Assembly (NCBI RefSeq): GCF_036321535.1
Contig: NC_087472.1
Location: 94,056,001-94,120,000, forward strand
Direction: 5' to 3'
Length of the DNA: 64,000 bases
Origin: Camelus dromedarius
Lineage: Eukaryota
Shown: positions 1 through 8,308 of the stretch, piece after piece
Position numbering within the stretch: position 1 is the first letter of the stretch
Layout of the letters: every line of letters begins with the position of its first letter
Notes under the pieces: model-generated
The model's input: the letters and a program-made list of their open reading frames with translations, nothing else
Told to the model about the DNA's origin: nothing
Database searches by the model: none
Position numbers and translations under genes: made by a program

Positions 1-142
1 TTTACAAAGACATTCTTATCAGGCAGGATATTCCAAAGACTCAGAGGTTACATCCCAGGAGCTGGACAAAGGCCAGTCCTGAAGACCTTAGGCAAGTATA
101 GACTTTGGGCAATCCAGGCCTTGGAGTTAACCTTAACTGCAT
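1..142 (-). mobile_element. MER21-like ERVL LTR fragment (cut off by window start)
   Basis: aggcaggatattccaaagactcagaggtta...ggagttaaccttaactgca resembles the reverse-complemented 5' end of the MER21 consensus as recalled; paralog at 4869-4995. Confidence 0.6.
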
Positions 143-149
143 ATTGTAT

Positions 150-505
150 ACATTTTTGTTATTTATATGTATAGTATTTTTGTCCTAAATAGTTTCTTAG
201 TGATTTTTGTTTACATATGAAAATAATTTCTATTTATGTTTCTATTGTATAAAATACTTGTGTCAATTCTAATAACTTCTAATTTTCCAGCATTGCCCAC
301 AGATATCTGTAATCATAACTATTTACACATCGACAAAATAGTTATCCTTGAGTACGTTCTGCTATTGCTAGGCCTTATTTCTTATATATGTCTAGTTAAA
401 TTGAGTTGAACCTTTGGGGAAACTTTTAGATGATTTGGGTGATAATTTTCTCATTGCTAATTTAAAATGAGAAAATCAACCTTTCAGCATATACAACAAA
501 TGCAC
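150..505 (-). mobile_element. Highly decayed L1M-like fragment
   Basis: T-rich tract; 395-500 loosely resembles antisense L1 ORF2 sequence (…gtgata…gaaaa…ctttcag); paralog at ~5000-5480; boundaries approximate. Confidence 0.35.
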
Positions 506-814
506 CATGAGAGAAAACATGAGAGAATAAGCCTTTGTATGAATCAGATAGTTATTGTGATCAGACAATTATATGTAAGAGATTAAAAATGTGACGAGTT
601 CCTATGCAGTTCTATTTCAGTAATTCAGAAAACTCAAAAAAGTAGTATGTTTCTCAGGAGAAATTAGAAAGTGCTTCAGAAATGAGAAGAAAAATTAATG
701 CAATGTGGTAAGCACAGAAATAATCAACAAAAACCAAACAGTAGACAAACTAGAAAACACTATGAAGGATGTGGCAATAAAAATTAAATGCAAATAATTG
801 ATTAATTAGGCATC

Positions 815-1098
815 TGTGTTTTACACTTCTCACTGCCCAGTTACCAGTTTTCTGGTGCCTCTTTAAGAAACTACCCCAAATTTCAGTCCAAGTTAAAGTA
901 AAGCTGACACTTCCCTATGCTCCAGGGGAGAAAATAAGACTCCATCAATCATTACTCCATCCCCCTGGCCAAAGTGCTTGGTCCAGGGGTGAGTCCATAA
1001 TCCACGTTAGGTCAGTGTGAAGTCTTTTCTTGACATTGATGGACAAACAGCGTTTTTTCCTGCTGCATTTGATAAAGTTGGACAGGATAAGGCCAGAG
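815..1098 (+). mobile_element. LTR16-like ERVL LTR relic, interrupted by a MER5 element
   Basis: ctccatccccctggccaaagtgcttggtccagggg resembles the LTR16 core ccatccccctggccacagtgattggttcaggg. Confidence 0.45.
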
Positions 1099-1276
1099 CA
1101 GTGGCTCTCAAACTTACTGCACAGTAAATCCCAGGGGGAATTTTAAAAACATCTGTTATCCAGGTCTAAGCCTACATCAAGTGAATCAGAATTTCTGGTT
1201 TATAAAAGCTGTGCTTCAGTTGTGTTTACAGACTCGCCAAGGAATTCCATTTGGCAGTCAGTGTGGAAAACCCGTG
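1099..1276. mobile_element. MER5B-like hAT-Charlie DNA transposon relic
   Basis: Starts cagtggctctcaaactt, contains gaatcagaatttctgg, ends gaaaacccgtg (degenerate terminal inverted repeat). Confidence 0.65.
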
Positions 1277-1287
1277 GTCCAGCGAAT

Positions 1288-1472
1288 AGTGATTTTCTGA
1301 CTTTCGTGTGCCTACGGATCCCTTGTGGCCTTGATAAAAATCCAGATTGTTTAGCCCAGCTACACAGTATGAGTTTATTTTTCATTAGGTATAGGTAGGT
1401 GGGACTGGGAATTTGTAGTTCTATTAATTGCCCAGGTGATGCTGGTTCTGGAACAAATTTTGAAAATCACAC
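1288..1472. mobile_element. MER5A-like relic
   Basis: ctgggaatttgtagttcta…cccaggtgatgctg…tttgaaaatcac matches the MER5A right half. Confidence 0.65.
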
Positions 1473-1559
1473 CTCTGCTCTCTGAAGTTCTGAATATGAC
1501 AGTGGGAAGGATGCTTTGCTTTTAAAGAGAGAAAAATACTAAAAGTTCAAAGAAAGGAC

Positions 1560-1686
1560 AGAAATCTCAGGTAACTGAAATATTATAGGTAGCTTTGGGC
1601 AGTGGGCCTCATGAGAATTATATTTCTTAGAAGATTCCAGTGTATGTCAGTGCTGCTGTTCAGGCAATCATGTTTTGAGACTCTGA
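1560..1686. mobile_element. Partial MER5A-like relic
   Basis: gtgggcc…gagaattatatttct…tgctgctg…ttttgaga. Confidence 0.45.
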
Positions 1687-1704
1687 CGTTTGGTCAGTAT
1701 GACT

Positions 1705-1930
1705 GACTAGTAATGGTATCTCCTGTGTTGTGTGCTCGTGCTAAGGCTACACTGAAGCTTAATATTTTCATCTCATTCCAGCTTCACTCCCTGGGGAAGG
1801 TATTCAAATCTTTCTAGTCTCTAACAATAAAGAAACTGAGGATCGGAATTAAATATTTTGCCTGAGGGCATGGGGCAAATAAGTGGCAGGACTCAGATGG
1901 GAATCTAGAAAAGCCTCGGCTCCTAAACAC
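1705..1930 (-). mobile_element. MIR SINE relic
   Basis: gtgctaag…atctcatt…gaaactgagg…ttgcctgagggca…taagtggcag, the MIR core motifs in antisense orientation. Confidence 0.65.
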
Positions 1931-2804
1931 CAGGAGGAGGAGGTTTCACATCAGATGGAAGTGCTGGCCCCATCCTCCTGAGTGGGTAAAGTGCTTCTGT
2001 AAGGTGAACGTGAGACCACAGCAGTACCCTCAGGCGTGTCTCCGCATCTCTTGATATAGATGTAAAAATGCATCCTGAGCTGGTAATTAAAGTGTTCTGA
2101 GTGAAGGTGCCATGAGTCAGACAGACCCTGAAAACCTGCATGACTCGGGATGTTGAAACCAACAGTTCCATTCAGTGGAGAGTTTGGCCCCAGATTCCAA
2201 AGGCCAAACCATCCATGCCAAGCACCCTCCCATTCTACTGTGAGGTGCTCCTTTATCTTGCCTAGGACCTACCTAAAGTGGTTCTGCAGGTGTTAGCTCA
2301 CCTCTCAACCCAGAGACATAAAAGAGTTGAGGTGGAAAAAGTGAAAAGAATATTGGGAGAAGGTTTCTCACAGCAGGAGTGTTCTCCAACCTCATTGTAG
2401 GGGGAGAGAGTCTGCTTTCCCCTTGTCTCAAGCCAAGTGTAAGAGGCTTCAGAGAGTTTGCCCCAGTGAGGCAAGCTCAGCGGGACACTCAGTGCAGACA
2501 CAGTGAGTGGCCTTTAAACTTCTGAGCAAAAGAAGCTCCCCCAGAAAGTTCATTAGTCCAAAGATCCCCACATGAAATTTAGGATCCCTACTTGAATTTT
2601 AAGAGATTTTTATTTAAATTAACTTTTTCTCTGAGAACAAGCAGAAGGTTACCAACCAAGAAAGACCTGAAGGAAATCATACATATGGCAGTTTCTACAT
2701 GCACACTCGAGGCTCATAGAGTGATGGGATGAAGTGATATTGGCTGCTCTGGAGTCTTCAAAGTGTCAGGGGTCAAGACAGTATCCTCTCGTGTCAAAAG
2801 AGCA

Positions 2805-2995
2805 CAGTAAGTGTTATATGTTACTGTGCATTGTGATCACATAGAAGGCTGTTGAAACTCAGATGGCTGGACCTCCCACTACCTTTAGAGTTTCTAATTG
2901 AATAGATCTGGAGTCAGGGCTGAGGATTTACACTTCCAGTAAGTACATAGATAATGTTGATGCTGTTCGTTGGGAGACCACACTCTAATGAGTTG
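2805..2995. mobile_element. MER5A-like relic, near full length
   Basis: tgtgcatt…atcac…tgttgaaactcagatggctgg…agagtttctaatt…gatgctg…gaccacactct. Confidence 0.6.
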
Positions 2996-3780
2996 AGCAT
3001 TAGGGCTACTGTTTGAAGGGAGACTATCTGAGAATAAAAACAATACAGATAATAGAGGCACCTAGAGATTCCTGATGGCATAATCTGAGCAGTTAGTATC
3101 AGGAACGCCAGAATGGCAGGAATCTCACCATATGTTTTCTTTTAATTTAAGTGAAATAAAATAATTCAATTTCAAGTGAAAGCATCGAAAGCAAAGCAGA
3201 ATTTTAAATGAAAGTTAATTAAAATGTACATGGGCTTTAAAGCTAAATGAACATTTTCATTAAATTAATAAAATAATCATGTAACAGAAACATACAAGAA
3301 TCCATAATTAGTGCCAATTATCCTGTCATTGAAGAAATGCTAAATTTTAATTTTTTAAATAAAAATGATGGGATGCATTAATTAAGAAGCAGTTTGCAGA
3401 AACTTTAAGAAGTTTGTGGAAGAGAAATGAATCTGCCTGGTAAGGATGAATCTTTCTGAATCATGTGATTAGTTCCTCAAAACCAGTACTGTATATTAGT
3501 GATGCATATGAGATTTTGCAAGGTAGATAAAAAGGAAATTGGTTAAATTAAAAATACTGTATTTGAATAGTAAAAGGTTTTTAAAAAAACAAATGAAATT
3601 TTAAAAAACCATTAAAATTGACTTATTAATACGTAAAAATGTTAAAATTTGTTTCATGGTGCAATATGCTTTCTGATTATATTTAATATTAAAATTTTTT
3701 CAGGTATCATTTTTGATGTGTTCTTATAATCTTTTTTGGTGTGTCTTTATATTTGGTAATTGGTTATTAGGGAACTTGAA

Positions 3781-3875
3781 TATTTGGCAAAGTGGATTTT
3801 GGCAATTTGGCCATTCAGTGAAATACTCATTTAGGAAATTCAATTTCAGTACATTGACTTTCAGTAAATTGACTT
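3781..3875. repeat. Degenerate ~15-bp tandem repeat (about 6 copies)
   Basis: tatttggcaaagtgg / attttggcaatttgg / ccattcagtgaaata / … / actttcagtaaattg. Confidence 0.5.
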
Positions 3876-3898
3876 AGAAATGGACTCTAGTGGACATC

Positions 3899-4100
3899 AG
3901 TAGTTTTAACTGCCCAGAATAATTTTCTAGTGCATTGGAAAATTGCATTATAGGTTTCCTTTTAGCAATTGTCCTTCAGAAATCTCAATTGATGAAGTTT
4001 ATATGAAGATAATCCTATGTCTTGATCCATTGGGACTGTATATAAACTAAACTGATTAAAAAGAGTGCTATATTCAACTACCTGAAGCATTGATTGATAT
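3899..4100 (+). mobile_element. Very decayed LTR16-like relic
   Basis: Loosely collinear with the LTR16 5' half (tgcccag…tttccttttag…ctcaattgatgaagttt…ctacctgaagcattgattg); weak similarity only. Confidence 0.3.
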
Positions 4101-4439
4101 TGGCTACCATAATGTATAAAACTAAATTCTAAAAAAATTGTATTTCTAACACTATTAACATACTGGAAATAGTTCTTCTAAATCCACTCCCTTGGCTCTT
4201 CTAGAAGATAACATTTTGCTGCTACTGTCCTGATTTGTGGAGATTTGAATGCTATTTGTCTAGAATAAGATGGTATGTTGAAGTAGGAGCTTGGGGTCAT
4301 TGATAACCTCAGCATATTTTTGTTCTGTATCCCAGGAGACTGTATGGGGAGTTTAAGTGAGGACTAACGCACAGCTAGTAATCTCCATTTTTTTTAAATA
4401 GATAAAGCATGTCTACTTGAGAAATCATTTATTGATTGG

Positions 4440-4995
4440 TGTGAATAATTCTCTATTTGCTCCTCCAACTCACAGGACCAAGACAACCTTTCCTACTCAT
4501 AGTTACAGTTTATTACAGCAAAGGAATACAAATTAAAATAAAATGAAAAAGTCACATAAGGAGGGATCCAGGAGAAAGCAGATGCAAGCTTCCAATTGTC
4601 CTATTCAAGTGGAGTCACAAAGTGATCAATTCTCCCAGACTAATATGTGGCCACACGTACAAATTATTACCAACAAGATAAGCTGACTCAGTCCCTCATA
4701 CATAGCAAGAATCTACCCCTTGAAAGATCTTATTACTCAGTCTCCAGCCCCATCTAGAGATCCAACTGACATAGCCAGACCAAAAGCCTCAGGCAAACAA
4801 AAATAATCACCATAAACCACACTGTTAGCATAAAATGTCTGGTGGGGCCCAAAGCCTTAGGAGTACACAGGCGGGATAGCCCGAGGACTCAGAGGTTATC
4901 TCTGAGGAACTGGACATGGGCTGGTCCTGAAAAGCTTTGGTCTGTGTGGGCTTTAGGCAACCCAGGCATGCTGAGTTATAACCCCTTCAAGCATA
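4440..4995 (-). mobile_element. MER21-like ERVL solo LTR (internally deleted)
   Basis: ctcacagga…tttattacagcaaagg…gcaagcttcca…gtggagtcac…ctcagaggttatct…gctgagtta motifs typical of antisense MER21. Confidence 0.7.
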
Positions 4996-5117
4996 GTTTG
5001 TAAACTCCTGTTATTTTATATAGATATTTTATATATACATATATATTCGGTATCTTTTATCCAGTGTAATTTCCTCGATAGGTAGAAATGAAAACATTTT
5101 CTAAAGCTATATTTTTT

Positions 5118-5203
5118 GGGGGAGGGTATAGCTCAGTGGTAGAGTGCATGCTTAGCATGTAAGAGGTCCTGGTTTCAATCCACAGTACCTCCATTAAAAA
5201 ATA
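5118..5203 (+). mobile_element. tRNA-Ala-derived SINE, camelid Vic-1-like
   Basis: GGGGAGGGTATAGCTCAGTGGTAGAGTGCATGCTTAGCATG…GGTTTCAATCC…ACCTCCA with A box, mutated B box and A-rich tail; 14-bp TSD aaagctatattttt (5103-5116) / aaaactgtattttt (5204-5217). Confidence 0.85.
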
Positions 5204-5784
5204 AAAACTGTATTTTTAATTTTGCCTCCTTATAAAATAGTTGCATTAATTATAGTAAGGTTCAGTTGTCTGGCCTTATTTACAAATAATTTAAATCATA
5301 ATTATTTATGAGTATATAAAACACTAATCCTGATTATTTCCTAATATTGCTAAGCCATAATTCTTCATTTGTCTACTGAAATCGATTTGAACATCAGAAA
5401 GCTTTTAAATGTTACAGGTGATAATATTCTCTTTTATAACTTAAGTGAGAAAATAGTCAAGGCTTCAGCATGTTCAACAAATTTCACATGAGAGACAGAG
5501 AATAAGCATGTATATGAATTAAAAAGTTATAGTGCAAGAAATTGAAAATATTACAGGTTTTTGCAATTCTTTATAATTAATGGAAAAAAAAACTTTTTCT
5601 AGGAAAAAAAAAAAAGGAATTTAGGCTTTGCTTCACAATTGAGAACTAAAGATGAATGTAGCCATGATAAGGAAAGTTTATCCACTGAAAGGATAAACAA
5701 AATACCAACAGGTAGGTCAGCTAGAAAATACTAATAGAAACATGGCAATAAGAACTCTTCTCAGCTATTTAATTAGACACTTCT

Positions 5785-6065
5785 TGTTGACTCTTCCCCC
5801 CTGTCTAGTTTACAGACTCCCTTTGGGAGCCGCTCACCCCAATTTTTCGGACAAGCTGTTTAAGAGTTTCTGACACTTCCCCACATTCTGTCAGTGAGAA
5901 TGCAGAGGCTCCATCAAATAATTTCTGTCCCCCAGGCCAAAGAGCCTGGGGTTGGGGTGAGCACAGAACCCTGTCAGGGCAACATGAAGTCTTTTCCTGA
6001 GATTTCTAGGTACACAAAGTGTTTTCTTACATTATTAGGTCAAGTTGTGCAGGATAGGCCTGAAG
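5785..6065 (+). mobile_element. LTR16-like relic (paralog of 815-1098)
   Basis: ctgacacttcc…ctccatcaa…cccccaggccaaag…caggataggcc shared with copy 1. Confidence 0.45.
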
Positions 6066-6243
6066 CAGTGGTTCACACACTAACCACACGTTATAATGCC
6101 CACGTAAAAGCTTAAATCACCTGTTGATCGGGGCACACCACCCCTCAGATTAATGAGAATTTCCAACTGTAAAAACCGTGTATCAGTTGTTCTGGAAGAA
6201 CCCTCAGGGGATTCATGTTTGTACATAATATTGAAAATCATTC
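6066..6243. mobile_element. MER5B-like relic (paralog of 1099-1276)
   Basis: cagtggttc start, ttgaaaatcatt end, collinear with copy 1. Confidence 0.55.
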
Positions 6244-6253
6244 ATGAGGGGAA

Positions 6254-6436
6254 TAGGTTTCTCAAAATTTGGCATTCATTGGAATGAATTGGAGTGCTTG
6301 TTATAATCCACATTAGTTGACCACACTACCACCTCGGACTCTCTGACTTTAGCTCTGGGTCAGTGGCGTTGAGAATTTGCTTGTGACTGAGTGCCCAGAT
6401 GTTGCTGCTCTGGGGACCCCATTTTGAGAAACACTG
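6254..6436. mobile_element. MER5A-like relic (paralog of 1288-1472)
   Basis: ttctcaaa…tgagaatttgc…cccagatgttgctgct…ggggaccccattttgagaaacactg. Confidence 0.7.
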
Positions 6437-6544
6437 CTCCAGTCAGTGAGTTAAAGTATGAATAGGCCAGTGAAAACGTGGGCTGCTACTAAAGCCATAG
6501 TAGCAAAAGAGGTGTTGTTTGTTTCCTTTTGTATTTAAGGATAG

Positions 6545-6670
6545 AATTCGAGGTTACGCAGGTCTTCCAGATAGGCCTGACAGTGTGGGCCACCTGGGAA
6601 TTTCCATTTCTAAAAAGATTACACATTATGCTAATGCTGATGTTTGAGGGATCACATTTTTAGAACTGCT
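6545..6670. mobile_element. Partial MER5A-like relic
   Basis: gggaatttccatttctaa…atgctaatgctgatg…gggatcacatttttagaac. Confidence 0.55.
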
Positions 6671-6729
6671 GAAGTAAATTATACAATCTCCTTTGAAAAT
6701 TTTAGACTGAGTCTGATATTAAGTTACTA

Positions 6730-6965
6730 TGACTACTAACAACTTCTTTATTGCGGGCCTGAAGAAGTACTAAGGCTTTATAAATCTCATTTTAGCTCCA
6801 GTTCAAAGGGAGGATACACAAATATTTCCTATCTGACTAACAACAAACTAAGTGGAAGAAATAAATAACGTCAATGAGGGCACAGTTAGAAAGGTGACTA
6901 GGCAAAAGTTGGAACTAAGAAAAGTAAGTACCAAAACCTGTGTTTTTAAAGACAAGGCCAAACCT
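6730..6965 (-). mobile_element. MIR relic (paralog of 1705-1930)
   Basis: tactaacaac…tactaaggcttta…atctcatttt…aaactaag…agggcacagttagaaaggtg. Confidence 0.5.
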
Positions 6966-7292
6966 TTTAACACCTGATGGAAGTGCCTGGATGCTGCCCT
7001 TTGAGGCAGGTAAATATCTTCCCTATAGTGGATTAGAGCACCTACAGTATGCAGCAACTACTCCTTTGTGGAAATTTCAGGTATTTCTGTAAACTCTTAG
7101 GGAAGATGTAAAAATGAAATGCAGGACAAAATTTAAAGTATAGGGAGTGTAGTAGGTGCAGTGAGTAAGACATACCCTGATGGCATACTTCTAGATTTCG
7201 AACTTAACAGTTCGCCTCATAGGAGAGTTAGGCCCCAGAATCCAAAGATAAAGTCCGGGACCAAGAGGAGAACCTATGGATTCCAAGGAACG

Positions 7293-7485
7293 CAGTGAGT
7301 GTTGTGTGAGGTGGGGAGGTGGTCCTCATCCGTTGCCCCTCATCCCGCTTGTGGAAACAGGATGGCTGGGGCCTCCTGGACTCCCAGCAGTTAGGATTCC
7401 CTACCTGTGAAGTGGTGCTTGTCTGTGCACTTGAGTCCGTGTATTGTGACCTCAGTGCTGCTGTTTTGAGTCCCACCCTCTGATG
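7293..7485. mobile_element. GC-shifted MER5A relic inside the array unit (repeated in every unit)
   Basis: gcttgtggaaacaggatggctgggg…tgctgctg…ccaccctctgatg, collinear with 2805-2995. Confidence 0.5.
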
Positions 7486-7636
7486 CCCAGGGATGCAGCC
7501 TGAGGGGCCCCCATGAGAAGGAGGACACCATGAGGAGGAAAGCAGCACGGAGAAATCGGCAAATTGAATCCTGCACATTCCACGGTGTGGCGTCGGGCTG
7601 ACTTTCAGGAATGCCGGAAGAGCGGGATGGTTCCTG

Positions 7637-7745
7637 AGAATCTCTCGACCAGGCAGGAGGTCTGGGCGGGTGGGTGCGACCCCGCCGCTCTAGAGGGTGC
7701 CCAGGTCTTGCTGATGAGGAGGCCGCAGTTTGGGAACAACCACTC
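7637..7745. mobile_element. GC-shifted MER5A right half inside the array unit
   Basis: aggtctgggcgggtggg…tgcccaggtcttgctgatg…tttgggaacaaccact, collinear with 1386-1472 and 6350-6436. Confidence 0.55.
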
Positions 7746-7859
7746 TCCTGCGTCGCTTAAGGTCAGCACGTGCCAGGGACCGATTTGCTCTTCTGATGAG
7801 CAGGGAGTAAGTTAGCAAAAGCTGCAGAACGTAAAGCAACGGAACAAACCAAACGGTTC

Positions 7860-7970
7860 GGGTTTCAGTTGACGGAGGTCTGTCGGGTAAGTCTGGGCCC
7901 GTTGGCCCTGTCGGTACTGGCAGTTCAAAGGTGAGGACTGTGTGGCGGACTGCACGGGTGAGTAAGTGCT
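7860..7970. mobile_element. Very diverged partial MER5A relic inside the array unit
   Basis: Occupies the position of 1560-1686 and 6545-6670; the downstream tctcctttga is shared with 6687-6696. Confidence 0.35.
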
Positions 7971-8026
7971 GTAGACAGCTCAGTCTCCTTTGAGCACGTT
8001 GGCGGGCGACGGAGCGTTGGGCAAGG

Positions 8027-8252
8027 GAATAATAGTACTGCCAGCTATTCCGTGTGGGCCGGGACAGGCGCTAAGGGCTTTTGTTTCTCCTGTCCTTTCA
8101 GAGTCACCCGTGAGGCAGGTGCGGAAACGTTCCCCGTCTCGCGGTAGAGACACCGAGGGTCAGAAATCGCCTTCGTCAGGCGCGGGGGGAGCAGCCGGGC
8201 GAGCTGCGGATGGACACGAGACGAACGGACCCAGACGTGTGCTGTTGAAGGC
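8027..8252 (-). mobile_element. GC-shifted MIR relic inside the array unit
   Basis: aataatagta…gcgctaaggg…cccgtgaggcaggt…tccccgtctcgcggtagagacaccgagg parallels MIR ccctatgaggtaggt…tccccattttacagatgaggaaactgagg. Confidence 0.6.
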
Positions 8253-8308
8253 GAGGAAGAGGAGGCTTCCCACCGGATGGAGGTGTGTGGGCTGTGTGTT
8301 CCGGGCAG
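8102..8308 (+). other. Candidate 207-nt exon, one per unit (probably non-coding)
   Basis: ctaag branch-like motif, cttttgtttctcctgtcctttcAG acceptor (AG 8100-8101) and CAG|GTGAGG donor (GT 8309-8310); no transcript evidence is available. Confidence 0.35.

Larger units (their letters stand above)
1..2205 (+). repeat. Ancient tandem duplication, copy 1 (paralog of 4850-7254)
   Basis: Collinear matches 21/4869, 1099/6066, 1955/6976 and ~2190/~7236, with the same order of LTR, L1, LTR16, MER5 and MIR relics. Confidence 0.9.
4850..7254 (+). repeat. Ancient tandem duplication, copy 2 (cut off by the macrosatellite)
   Basis: Collinear with 1-2205; ends ggccccagaatccaaag versus ggccccagattccaaag in copy 1. 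Confidence 0.9.

Noticed and set aside
1404..1421. ZNF143 motif (reverse complement ACTACAAATTCCCAG)
   Set aside because: Spacing is one base too long and it lies within decayed MER5A sequence
2499..2535. V(D)J recombination signal (CACAGTG … gcaaaagaa)
   Set aside because: The spacer is 20 nt, the nonamer is poor, there is no upstream V exon, and the heptamer is not kept in the array paralog
2791..2840. Hairpin (gcacagtaa/ttactgtgc) loosely resembling miR-888/892-family precursors
   Set aside because: The 3' arm is simply the start of a MER5A relic and the pairing is lost in the array paralog; probably chance
5118..5193. Functional tRNA gene
   Set aside because: Mutated B box, A-rich tail and 14-bp TSD identify a retroposed tRNA-derived SINE
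1200..7057. Five short ORFs in the AT-rich flank
   Set aside because: 61-82 aa, mostly in TE relics, and not conserved between the two paralogous copies
7706..7805. C/D snoRNA (TGATGA at 7712, CTGA at 7793), suggested by the SNORD115-like unit size
   Set aside because: Box C lacks the leading purine and derives from the MER5A gctgatg motif, the terminal stem is out of register, and there is no similarity to SNORD113-116 as recalled
7787..7845. Hammerhead ribozyme (CUGAUGA followed by a GCAG/CUGC stem)
   Set aside because: Stem II is followed by AGAAC instead of GAAA, and no UH cleavage site with stems I and III could be built
7965..7975. 5S rDNA array (gtgctgtagac resembles the 5S 3' end; similar unit size)
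   Set aside because: Only about 9 nt match; no 5S body, internal control region or T-run terminator
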